From Octopus sinensis (Eukaryota): DNA of 64,000 bases. The position numbers and the translations under genes are program-made. The notes beneath the pieces are model-generated. The model ran no database searches, was not told the DNA's origin, and was given only the letters and a program-made list of their open reading frames with translations. The stretch is taken from NCBI RefSeq assembly GCF_006345805.1, contig NC_042998.1:189162001-189226000 (forward strand), read 5' to 3'. Positions 1 through 11,546 of the stretch are shown here, one piece after another; the stretch's first letter is position 1, and every line of letters starts with the position of its first letter.

Positions 1-2618
1 GACACATTCATACGGCACAGAATGCTTTTTACCTGAATAGACGTCATTGATTGGTTGAAATTGCAGAAATTGAAGAAAAAAATAACAAATATATTACAAA
101 CTATAGAATTTTCTCAATAAAGCCAAGAGAAAAAGATGTTTTATAAACACATTCTACCAGTATACGAAGTTTAAAATTTTTAAGTTACCTAGAAATTATG
201 TTAAAAACTGCTGTTCAAACCGAAAAGATCCAAATACATTACTAGTCGTATTTTATTTAACTGTACTATTAACTACAACATATTTCCTTCTCCCCACCAC
301 TCTCTCTTTCCTTCTCTCTCTTTCTCTCTCTCTTAATCTTTCTACCGCCCTTCTTTCCTCTCTCTCTCTCGCTCTCTCTCGTTCTTTCTTTCCCTCTCTC
401 TTCATTCGGGGTATTCTCGAGGAAAGCAATTATTTGTAACGAAGTATTCACAAACTATCACAATTCTTTTTGTTTTGTTTTTTTTTCACTCGATCTCTTC
501 CAATACAATCCTCCTCTCCTGTCATTCGAATCTTCGGTACACAGAAACCTGTTTCTTCGCTTAGAAATCCTACCCTAGTTCTATGTGTTTCATCATATCA
601 ATTCTAGCCATTAAAAGATTATCAAACTAATGCTACAAAGAAAACGTCTCTTCGACACACAACTGAATCAGATCCCTAAGCTCAACATTATCAAACTTAT
701 ATCCATTATCAAACTCGTGTAACAAAATACTGTAATACGTCTTCAAAAATACTTTACAAATATTCAGCACACAGAAAAGTCTTCCAAGTCTAACCAATAA
801 TTTTTCAACCTAACTTTCATATCCAATAAAGGATCTAGTTTCTTTCATTCGCACAACATGCATTTTTTTAAAAGACAGTAAAAAATCTGAAAATCGGCTT
901 AAGTTTTTCAGTCTAATTGCTATGAAGGTATGGTTCTGTGGAGAAAAAAATTGGAGGAAAAAGTTACAGGGGTTTAAAAATCGAAAACTGTATTTTTAGC
1001 TAATAGCGATACAGAAATTTTCTGCGTTTAGCAGAGCGGCGTCAACTTTAAGGTTGTACCCTGTGAAATTTATAGTTTAGCGTCTGTGAAATGACCTCTT
1101 CATTGTAGGTTTCTAAATAAACAGAAACACCTAATAAAATCAATATCTATCATCTTACTGTTTCTTTTGTCTCTTCATTGATTGTATGTTTTTTTTTATT
1201 TTTTTTATTTGTTATATTAATATATTTGTCTGCATGTGTTTATTTTATGCGTATTTCAGTATTATGTATACCTGTCATGGATTTATGTACATCATTAATA
1301 TATCAATGCGTGTGTGTGTGTGTGTGAAAAAGGGGTGTCTGTCCCCAAAACTTCAAAGTTGAGTAACGTTTCCATGTCTGGATTTGTTAAGTACGATAAG
1401 AATAACACTGGTCAAAAAAGAATTTGTCCTAAGAAAAAGAATACCTGTATCTTATATGTTTTTGCATGCAGAATTCAAAAATGTCAAATTCACATATTCC
1501 ATTCACCTTCATAATGCCAAGACACAGTATAAACATCGCTAACAACTTTAGCTATATATGAAAAATATGTAAAATATTAAGACAATTGACGAAAAATATC
1601 TATAATAAAATTCTAATTGATAAATATTTATTTTTATTAAAATAAAACACGCAGGCGAAGTAAATCTCGTGGTGTGAAGAATCAACAGATGCGAGTGAAA
1701 CACAACATGCGGTTGTCATGATAACAAGCTGTTAATGCCTCGCTGTCTGTTGATAAAATTACCCAAATTTCCCAACTTTAATTCCAAATAACATCAGATT
1801 CTTTAATTTACGAGATAAAATAATTGGTTGATCGTAATCAAAATTCAGAGTTGCATTGATAAACCAAAATTGAAAGCAATCCGAGCAAAATTAATGGGGG
1901 TCCATTTTGCGAATGACACAGTCTAGTTCCCCAATAAATTTAGAAAAAGATTTTTAAGAAACTAAACGTTCCTTGCGTTTAACCCACAGTCAAAGTATTC
2001 TTTTCTCTTCTCCGAGCACACAAATTCCAAATCATTTTTGCGGTCAGTTCTCTGAGATTCACTGCATCCATCAATTTCTACGCTCACAAAATGTGACAAA
2101 GCATTCATTAGCGTAAAATGAATTCTCTTTGCAACCATCAAGTGATCGGCTTCTCAATTGGTTAAGATACTCACTGAGTTCGTCGCATCACATTCATTTC
2201 AAAAAGCTGTCAGTCGCAGAACTCAAAAGCAGGAGACTACTATAAGACAAAATAATAATAATAATAATAATAATAAACTCTGCCGGATCATCAAATTACC
2301 GAACTATGATTGTTACTTTGAATATATCGAGTGAACGAGGAAGCCTCTGCAAGGACGTCGATCTGCTAGAATTAGCAATTAACCACCACACACACACGCA
2401 CACACATACACTCAAAGCATATATATTTTAAATAAGGAAAAGACTCATTGGATAATGTAGTCTTTCATGCCCCGAAAAGTCGAGATGGTCACAACAGGGA
2501 TGCCTTTGATCATAATTCTGCTTTGGCCATGGTTGACCTGAGACTGAACAGCAACAATCTCAAATATATTTAGGGCCATGATTGTTTCTTGAATCACCCA
2601 AAATTCTTTCTAGTATAT

Positions 2619-3122
2619 GTTAGTTTCAAATTTCGGCACAAGGCCAGAAATTTCAGGAGGTGCAAATCGATTACATTGACCCCAGTGTCTAACTGGTATT
2701 TATTTCATCGACCCCGAAAAGATGAAAGGCAAAGTTGACCTCGGCGGAAATTGAACTCAGAACGTAGCGGCAGACGAAATACCTATTTCTTTACTACCCA
2801 CAAGGGGCTAAACACAGAGAGGACAAACAAGGACAGACAGACGGATTAAGTCGATTACATCGACCCCAGTGCGTAACTGGTACTTAATTTATCGACCCCG
2901 AAAGGATGCAAGGCAAAGTCGACCTCGGCAGAAATTGAACACAGAACGTAGTGGCAGACGAAATACCTATTTCTTTACTACCCACAAGGGACTAAACAAG
3001 GACAGACTTAATTTATCGACCCCAAAAGGATGAAAGGCAAAATCGACCTCGGCGGAATTTGAACTCTGAAATACCGCTAAGCATTTTGACTAGCATGCTA
3101 TCGGTTCTGCCCGCTCGCCACA
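2619..3122 (-). mobile_element. tRNA-derived SINE family A, three-unit concatemer
   Basis: Head GGCGAGCgGGCAGAA, core GAGTTCAAATTCCGCCGAGGTCGACTTTGCCTTTCATCC and tails repeated three times. Flanked by a 15-bp direct repeat TTCTTTCTAGTATAT at 2604-2618 and 3123-3137. Confidence 0.85.
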
Positions 3123-3239
3123 TTCTTTCTAGTATATATTATTTTCACCTCTAGGCACAGGCCCGAAATTTTTCGGGGGGTGGGGGCCAGTCGATTATAT
3201 CGACCCCAGTACGCAACTGGTACGCTCGCCTCCTTCTTT

Positions 3240-3664
3240 CAGGGTTATTCAAAAAGAATGAACCGATTTCATTACGCAATATTTTAATAAGGAAAAGCAA
3301 TAGAAAACTCCAGCTAAGTCGCAAGTATTTACTCACAATCAACTTTTATTTCCTGTCTTACAAGTGTTCCATGTGGCCACCACCTGCAACACGGGCAACA
3401 TCAAGGCGATAAGAGGATTCCTCCCAGACGCGTATCAGCATATCACGATCCAATGAGTACTTCTTTACCTGTCTGTTTGAATGCTTTACCGAAGTTTTTC
3501 CATTTCCCTTCTATGTCAATATCTTCTGGAATCGCCTCAAGCAAAGCAAATTTATTCTTTAGTTCCATAATGAACTTGCTTTTCCGTATTAAAATATTTA
3601 TTTCTTTATTTCCTTATTAAAATATTGCGTAATGAAATCGGTTGATTCTTTTTGAATAATCATG
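3240..3664. mobile_element. Tc1/mariner-type MITE
   Basis: About 51-bp inverted repeats (TTATTCAAAAAGAATGAACCGATTTCATTACGCAATATTTTAATAAGGAAA, one mismatch). Starts CAGGG and is followed by TA on the right. Confidence 0.75.
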
Positions 3665-4266
3665 TATACTTATGCATCAATTCTCAAATCTCGTTTATCT
3701 AACTAAAATGTTCTTCAAAATATCTTTCCTTTTATGACTTCACTTTCCACTGAAACCAATAACTTTGCTTTTTGTCTTTTTTTTTACTATTTCCAAATAT
3801 ATACGTTATTGTATGGGCTGTCACAACTCATTAGTCATTCACTCATCCTGACACGTTTAATAAATTAAAGAGAGCTAAAATACCTTCCCTTAAAATTAAC
3901 TTTTAACACGCTAACCTGTACAAAAGCATGATAATATTTGACATAACTAAATCTCAAAATTTTCTTTATATCCCGAAAGAAATTCGATTGTACTATTATT
4001 TCTCTATTTATAAACATTTCATAACAAACAGAAATATTCTCTCTACACATGCAAGGCCAATCGTAAATGGAATTTCTGAAAGCTCAAAACGTGAATAAAA
4101 CTGCATCATAGAGATAGATCTTCCGTTTTAGAGCTAAATATTACGAACTTTGCATAGTTACTATAATTACTTACTTCTACAAGGTTTGAATATGTTTGAA
4201 CATTCAAATATGTTTATATTACGGAAATATTCAATTCAATTTACACCATATTAGTTTCGTTTTCAG

Positions 4267-4691
4267 AAACAATACTGTAGACGCAGGCAAGTCCACTGTA
4301 CGGCATCATATGCAAATGTTTTTTTCTCTTCTACAACTTTGGACAAAGGTGGAGCAGTCATGATGTAGTGTGCGGACCTATACAGGGAGGAAGTGCTCAG
4401 CTTCAAAACCCCCACTTGTCTCCTTCCCCCTCCAACCCTATCCACCCCTACCAGCAGCACATGTCCTCCATCCATGACCTTGTCTCCTCTTCTGCACTCC
4501 CACCTACCAGCACCAACCTCATCATCCAAACATCCCATACGTCCATCTATCTCCTTCCAAAAATACACAAACCCTACAACTCTGCCACCCCATTATTCCC
4601 ATCCGCAACTTATTTGTTGGCTACATTGAGGTCCAAATATTCTCACAGTTCTCCGGACCAACCCCCAGAGCTTATACGGTCACACATGTAG
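4267..4691 (+). other. Candidate decayed or terminal exon, Pro/Ser/His-rich
   Basis: TTTTTCAG acceptor at 4266. One frame is open 4281-4691 after a TAG at 4278. No recognisable domain. Confidence 0.2.
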
Positions 4692-4824
4692 ATAACTGTA
4701 TAGGTGCAACCTCTTTCTCCCGTGAACAACTCTCCAACTTTGGATTGATCATACTACGTGCAGTTGGTAAGGCGAAACTGTCGGGTAAATAAATATGTGT
4801 AGTGATTAGGTATGCATGTGGGAA

Positions 4825-5211
4825 AAAAGGCGGCGAGCTGGCAGAATCGTTAGCACGCCGGACGAAATGCGTAGCCGTATTTTGTCTGCCGTTACGTTCT
4901 GAGTTCAAATTCCGCCGTTGATTGAATAAGTACTAGTTACGTACTGGGGTCGATATAATCGACTTAATCCGTTTGTCTGTCCTTGTTTGTCCTCTCTGTG
5001 CTTAGCCCCTTGTGGGTAGTAAAGAAATAGGTATTTCGTCTGCCGCTACGTTCTGAGTTCAAATTTCGCTGAGGTCGACTTTGCTTTTCATCCTTTCGGG
5101 ATCGATTAAATAAGTACCTGTTACGCACTGGGGTCGATATTATCGACTTACTCCGTTTCTCTGTGCTTGATTGTCCCCTCTGTGTTTAGCCTCTTGTGGG
5201 TAGTAGAGAAA
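4825..5211 (+). mobile_element. SINE family A, two-unit concatemer
   Basis: Full head, core and tail, then a restart at GTATTTCGTCTGCC. TSD TAGGTAYGCATGTGGGAA at 4807-4824 and 5212-5229. Confidence 0.9.
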
Positions 5212-5452
5212 TAGGTACGCATGTGGGAAGGTATCCGTCGATTTCTATGTTCATCGGTTTACAACATGGAAACAACCGTTGGGTCCTTTTATGTCTCGTA
5301 TACCTGTTCGATAAAAAAAAAAGTCGATAAAATAGGTATTGGGATATGACCGACAAAAAGTAGAGCACCAGCATGACCAAAGACCAGTGATTAAAATAAA
5401 TAAAATAAAACAACTAAACCGACTCGCAGCATCCAATTCTCTAGAATATTAT

Positions 5453-5866
5453 GTAGGAGTGGTTGTGTGGTAAGTAGCTTGCTTACTAACCACATGGTTC
5501 CGGATTCAGTCCCACTGCGTGGCACCTTGGGCAAGTGTCTTCTACTATAGCCTCGGGCCAACTTGTGAGTGGATTTGGTAGACGGAAACTGAAAGAAGCC
5601 CGCCGTATATATGTATATATATGTATGTATATATGTATGTGTATGTTTGTGTGTTGTGTTTGTCCCCCACCACCACCACCACCACCAACATCGCTTGACA
5701 ACCGATGCTGGTGTGTTTACGTCCCCGTAACTTAGCGGTTCGGCAAAAGAGACCGAAAGAATAAGTATTAGGCTTACAAAGTATAAGTCCTGGGGTCGAT
5801 TGGCTCGACTAAAGGCGGTGCTCCAGCATGGCCACAGTCAAATGACTGAAACAAGAAAATGAGTAA
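5453..5866 (+). mobile_element. tRNA-derived SINE family B
   Basis: Head GGAGTGGtTGTGTGGTAAGTAGC...GGaTTCAGTCCCACTGCGTGGCACCTTGGGCAAG, internal microsatellite, tail ...GTCAAATGACTGAAACAAG. Six or more further copies in the window. Confidence 0.9.
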
Positions 5867-6353
5867 AATTTAAAAACAACCAAAAACCATTTCTCACATA
5901 GAAAAGTAATAAAGTAGTAACAAGTGGACATTTTGGGGATGGCTGCCGATGATGTATCATTCACACAGATACGTAATAGCTATCTCCTATAAAGATGTAT
6001 TGTTGTAGGTGGGATGTAATTTATCAATCATATGTCCAAAAGAAGCCATTCTTCCTGTTAATACTGCAGATATATTCAAAAGAAGATTTGTTTTTTCTAG
6101 CTCGGAGCTGAGAAAACTAATAAGATGAGTACAGGAGGCGGTCGAAAAAGCCAGCTTCTATATATGGATGAAGCGGGAAGACCAAAAATGGCTTGAAAGT
6201 CATAACATGCCGGCAGGAAAATGACATCACTAGGTGAGACAAGCTGACACTGAATTAGCTTCGCTGATTGACAGGCGACAGTCTCGTTTAGAGAATGCGT
6301 GGGCGAACACTGCGCGCCTTCATTGGTCAGTTAAAGTTGAGACAGTGTCACGT

Positions 6354-8236
6354 TGTTTTATTATTACCCACAAGGGGCGAACAAAGATGGGACAATACAA
6401 TCTGATGATGGGGTCAGACACACGAATGGGTTTTTACAATAAATCGAATTAAAAATTTTCATGAATTACAATAAATGGACAGAAATCGAATGATGGGACA
6501 GACCGGAAGACATTACGGGTGGAGTGGGTGCGGGTTTAGCTCGGACCCCACGAGCCCCGCCTCCCCACTGATACTATTGGTTGCGCTTGGTATTACATTT
6601 ATGTTGTATCCTCCACTCGCAACTTTCGTGCTACATCCTTCCATCGTTCTTCATACACTCTCCTAGTCAGGCATATTCTCTCCAGCCCTATCTTCCTTTT
6701 CAGGTGAAAGATGAAATAATTCATCAAACCAGGGCCGGAGATGAACTTGCCTGACTGTAAACCTTTCATTCTCGTCTTCCATATCACCTCTTTCGCAATT
6801 GCTACTACGAGAAAACGAAACTTACCTTCATTCACGAGGAAATCCGGTGGGTCAATTTTTGTAATCGACTCAGTCGACAGCTGTACTCTTCGTGTACCTG
6901 ACAACAGCTGTTCGGCATAAACCCACACCTCAGACACGTCCGGACAATGAACAATAGCGTGCGGGACGGTTTCCCTATCCCGCCCGCATCTTGGACATAT
7001 CGGACTGTCTTGGCCACCGTGCCTTGCGAGTTTATCCCGAACAGGTAGAGCTCCTCTGTAGCATTGCCATGCCAGAGACTTCTGGAAGTTGTCCAGTGTC
7101 CTCGGCTCGAACGTACGTCGGAACAGACTGGCCAGCTGATTATCGTCGAGACCTAGGATTTCCCCAAGGTATCTTCACATTCCGCCTCTACCAACCCTCT
7201 ATAGAAGAATGTGGTGGAACCCCCACCGCAGGCGTTGCCCGAGCGACGGAATAGCAGGAGAGCCTTGCGACACTCCGTGTACCAAGTACCAAGTTTCGAT
7301 CTACGATTCAGCCAGGTTTCCCATCCACCGAAACTAGTGAACTTGGGAAACATCAGTTTTGCTAGCGAAGACCACACCCGTTCACCATCCAGGTAGAGCC
7401 ACAGATGTCTTAACCTCAGCGCATGTCTGCGCATCATCAGCCAAGGCATCCCTAGCCCACCCTTTAACGGTTGTTGACAGCAAGTAGAGCGTTTCACAAG
7501 TGGTTTCCCGCCCTTCCACAAGAAGTAGAAGAGCTGTCTTTCCAACTTGATCAACCACGAATCAGGGCAAGGAACGACGGAAAGGCGGTAGGTGATAATC
7601 GATGCGATAAACACATTGGCCACCTCCGCCCTCCCTTTCAGGGATAGCCACCGCCAAGACCAGGTCTTGGCTACTGCAGCCACCTTGCTCGTTACCTCGC
7701 CCCAATTCTTCTCTATTTGGAGGTCTGGACCGAACCAGACCCCTAGCAGTTTAATCGGACCCTCCGTCCAACGTCCCACGACGCTGTCAGGAGGCATCGA
7801 CTTGCCTCTCCAGGTGCCGAGTTGCAAGCCGACTGACTTTTCGCGATTAACTTTTGCTCCTGTCACCGTCTCGTAAACCTCTATGGCCTTGCCTACTTTA
7901 CATAGGTGGTCCATTTCGGTTACGATGATGGTGATGTCATCCGCGTACGCTGACACTGATTTTCCATTACCTGGCTGTCTCGGGATGCCGCTCAGTTTTC
8001 GCAGTAATGGCTCAAGAGCCATCACGTACAAAAGCGGGGAGAGCGGACACCCTTGACGAACCGAGCGTTTGATTTTGAACGGCTTCGACAAGAAGCCGTT
8101 CACCCGAACTACCGAGTCGATGTTATCATAAATTTGGATAATCCACCTGAGGAAGCCAAGGCTCAGCCCGAACCGTGCCAGGGCAGATACCAGGTAACGA
8201 TGGTCGACCCTATCAAAAGCTTTAGATTGGTCTAAA
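6354..8236 (-). mobile_element. 5'-truncated Tx1/L1-clade LINE (RT plus C-terminal region)
   Basis: Open frame 8236-7153 reading LDQSKAFDRVDH...RQGCPLSPLLY...SAYADDIT. The disrupted C-terminal part has CLRCG and FHLKRKI...ERW. A-rich tail and a 17-bp TSD TTGAGACAGTGTCACGT at 6337-6353 and 8237-8253. Confidence 0.95.
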
Positions 8237-8245
8237 TTGAGACAG

Positions 8246-8685
8246 TGTCACGTGAGAACTTGCTGGGGTTGCTTGCTGGAGGCTAGCAGCAGGTATTTAA
8301 AGGGGAAAAAATTGACAAGGTAGTCAGTCGCCCGCTGACACTCGTTGACGCTACATCGAAGAGGCCAGGGGAAAGAAGAAAGAAGACATGCACCCAACAC
8401 CAGAGCTGAAGACACCTCCGAAAGGAGGGGGCCACCACATCAAAACGGTAGAGGAGTTGGGACCGAAACCGCACGTTGTTCTTCCTGATGATGTCTTGAG
8501 CTAACTGGATCCTATAAAGGAGCTGTTGTGGTAGCAGACCACGAAACACGGTTGAAATTCTTGGTATAAGTAACCAGTCATAAATTTATACTGATAAGAA
8601 AAACTCTCATCCCAAAGTTTTATGTGTGTTCTCTTCCTGACTGGAATTTTAGCTTTTATTTTGATCGGTCACCGGTTTCGTGACA
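8246..8685 (+). mobile_element. Possible solo LTR
   Basis: Ends TGTCACG and CGTGACA, TATA-like TATTTAAA near 8294, GC above background. No matching TSD found. Confidence 0.3.
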
Positions 8686-8879
8686 AGATTTTAGATAAAA
8701 GGGGGTTTTTTTTTGTTTTGTTTTGTTTTGTTTTTTGTTTTCATTTTTTTCACAAGGATTTATCCCTAAAATTCTAGGGAAATCTTACAGTTCTTTTACT
8801 ACCCCATTATCGTCTAAAATGTATCGTTGTGCATTCTTTCTTCAGGAATCAAAGTTCAGTCATATTTTGATCCAGCAGA

Positions 8880-9200
8880 ATTGGTATATATCCTAGCATT
8901 CCAATGGTAATTAATATAAAATTCAAAGTGTATTTTGGCAACTAGTTTTGCAGTTTTCTCACCAATAGTCCATAGATATCTTCTTTCTCCAATATTTTTC
9001 TAAGCTGATGTCCAAGTATTCAGCTGACTTTCACAAGAGTATGCTGTATTTTGTGGCTCTGGACAACAGTTTTAGGTCAGTCGTGTTTTAATTTCGTTTT
9101 TTCTTCTTGGCTGACTTTTCTCAATTGGCAAAATATAGTTAATGTCTTCGATTTTGGCTTTGCATGGCGTACATTTGTTGTCAGCTGGTAATTTTTGCCT
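8880..9200 (-). mobile_element. Decayed LINE C-terminal fragment (R4/Dong-like zinc knuckle)
   Basis: Minus strand reads KCTPCKAKIEDINYIL...KHD across frameshifts, resembling the CxxC...ETxxHI...RHD motif. Confidence 0.3.
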
Positions 9201-9595
9201 TTTTAATAATTATTAAGTGTGCTGTATGACTAAATAGTTAAGAACTTTGCATCGCAGCCAAAAGATCTCGGGTTCGATCCCACTGCGTGGCATCTTAAGC
9301 AACAGTCATATTCTAAAGTCTCATGTCAACTTATACCATTTAGTGAAAGTAAATAGACGAGAAGTGTAAAGAAACTCGTCAGGTGGATTGTACAGCCTTC
9401 TGACACACGCCACGCTGATTCTGCCCAAGAATTACGTCAAAAGTACGTGTTATCTGGGGTATGTTCAGCCACTTTACATGCTCTTTCAGGAAGAAGTCAT
9501 TATTTTGCCCAAACGACTCAAGTTTCATCCTCGAACGACAGAGGTCTAACGCCATTGATAAGGATTGTTCTTGGATTGCATGGAGGTAATCTTCA

Positions 9596-9913
9596 TGCAT
9601 GCATGCATGTATGTATGTGACCGGCCAGGCTATCAGATGTTGCTGCACATCGCTGGTCACAATGCGCTTTGCATTGTTTTAGCCTTCAAATGACGCCACC
9701 CCGCTGGCTAAGCGCGCAGTCCAAGAGAAGAAAGAGTGAAAGAAAGTTGTGGCGAAAGAGTACAGCAGGGATCGCCACCACCCCCTGCCGGAGCTTCGTG
9801 GAGCTTTAGGTGTTTTCGCTCAATAAACACTCACAACGCTCGGTCTGGGAATCGAAACCGCGATCCTACAACCGCGAGTCCGCTGCCCTAACCACTGGGC
9901 CATTGCGCCTCCA
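9596..9913 (-). mobile_element. tRNA-derived SINE family C, tail type 1
   Basis: Head GGAGGCGCAATGGCCCAGTGGTTAGGGCAGCGGACTCGCGG with box B TTCGATTCCC. Tail ...GCAACATCTGATAGCCTGGCCGGTCACATACATAC. Confidence 0.9.
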
Positions 9914-10152
9914 TTACGTATAAATGTATGTATATATGCTTGTCTTTTATCTATCTTTATATATACACATGTGTGTGGGGGTGTATCTTTACGTTTGTGC
10001 TTCTGACATATATACAGATATGTACGGGTCTATATTCATTCCAAGAAACTATCTGTTGTTTGCACCAAAGTATTGTTTATGATTGGAATGTTCTGCAAGT
10101 ATTCCTTATTTTTAAAAGTGAGGACATAACCTGGTCCTAGTGTGCTTTTAAA

Positions 10153-10466
10153 CGATAAACGATAAACGTCGCCCTTTTCAAGCCTAGCCAGGCTCATGAG
10201 CCCGTTTTCCCGGTTTCTGTGGCGTATGTGTTCCCCGCAGCTGGACGGGACGCCAGTCCATCGCAGCTTTACTCAAGAAACAGGAAGAGAGAGTGAGAGA
10301 AAGTTGGGGCGAAAGAGTACAACAGGGGTCGAAACCACCCGGAGCCTCGTGGAGCTTTTAGGTGTTTTCCCTCAATAAACACACAAACAACGCCGGGTCT
10401 GGGAATCGATACCATGATCCTCCGACCGCGAGTCTGCTGCCCTAACCACTGGGCCATTGCGCCTCC
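10153..10466 (-). mobile_element. SINE family C, tail type 2
   Basis: Same head and core with a different tail (GACTGGCGTCCCGTCCAGCTG...GGCTTGAAAAGGGCGACG). 13-bp TSD GTGTGCTTTTAAA at 10140 and 10467. Confidence 0.9.
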
Positions 10467-10677
10467 GTGTGCTTTTAAAATCACCGCCATGTCAAATCCT
10501 GCCGAAGGGTAGCATTGAAAGCAATTCTTGCAACGACATCATACAATACCTAGCAGAAATTTTGGGGACACTGATGATCATGTTGATGATATCTTCCAGA
10601 CTAGTATGACTCAAGCAATATTCTCTGTCATAGTGTTACGGTTTAGGGACGTTCTTATCTTTTTTATTAATCATATA

Positions 10678-10911
10678 TATTTCTTTATTACCTACAAGGG
10701 GCTAAACATAGAGGGGACAAACAAGGACAGGCAAACGGATTAAGCCGATTAGATCGACCCCAGTGCGTAACTGCTACATAATTTATCGACCCCGAAAGGA
10801 TGAAAGGCAAAGTCGACCTCGGAGGAATTTGAACTCACAACGTAACGACAGACGAAATACCGCTAAGCATTTCGCCCGGCGCGCTAACGTTTCTGCCAGC
10901 TCGCCGCCTTA
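10678..10911 (-). mobile_element. SINE family A, monomer
   Basis: Full head, core and tail. TSD TTTTATTAATCATATA at 10662-10677 and 10912-10927. Confidence 0.9.
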
Positions 10912-10962
10912 TTTTATTAATCATATAGCTTTGTCTCGTTCCAGAATGGTGAAGGTGTATAC

Positions 10963-11546
10963 CAGGCCTGGCCAACTCGAATTACATTGCGAGCAAATCG
11001 ACCCCAGGACTTATTCTTTGTAAGCCGAGTACTTATTCTATCAGTATCTTTTGCCGACCCGCTAAATTACGGGGACGCAAACACACCAGCAGCGGTTGTC
11101 AAGCGATGTTGGGTGGGGGACAAACACAGGCACACAAACATACACACACAGACACACAAACATACACACACACACACACACACATATGTATATATATATA
11201 CATATATACGACAGGCGTCTTTCAGTTTCCGTCTACCAAATCCACTCACAAGGCTTTGGTCGACCCGAAGCTATAGTAGAAGACACTTGCACAAGGTGCC
11301 ACGCAGTGGGACTGAACCCAGAACCATGTGGCTGGTAAGCAAGCTACTTACCACACAGCCATCCCTACGTTTGTTTAAAATCATAAAATTGTAGGCTATT
11401 GTTTTATTGCCACTTATAAATTTTAAATTTATTTTGAAACAAATGTTTTACACACAAACAAATTTATTTTGAAATTAAACACAATATTTCAAGAAAGTAT
11501 TAAGTGGGCCGCATGCGGCCCGCGGGCTTCAGGTTGGCCAGCCTTG
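10963..11546. mobile_element. hAT-type MITE with a nested SINE B (about 10985-11362, minus strand)
   Basis: TIRs CAGGCCTGGCCAAC and GTTGGCCAGCCTTG, 8-bp TSD GTGTATAC / ATGTATAC, subterminal GGCCGCATGCGGCCCGCGGGC. Confidence 0.8.

Noticed and set aside
1-1000. Probable interspersed repeat at the window start
   Set aside because: No termini, second copy or coding motif visible to support a call.
8963-9058. 96-nt minus-strand exon with CAG and GTGAG ends
   Set aside because: In-frame TAG, no pyrimidine tract, and adjacent sequence looks like a LINE zinc knuckle.
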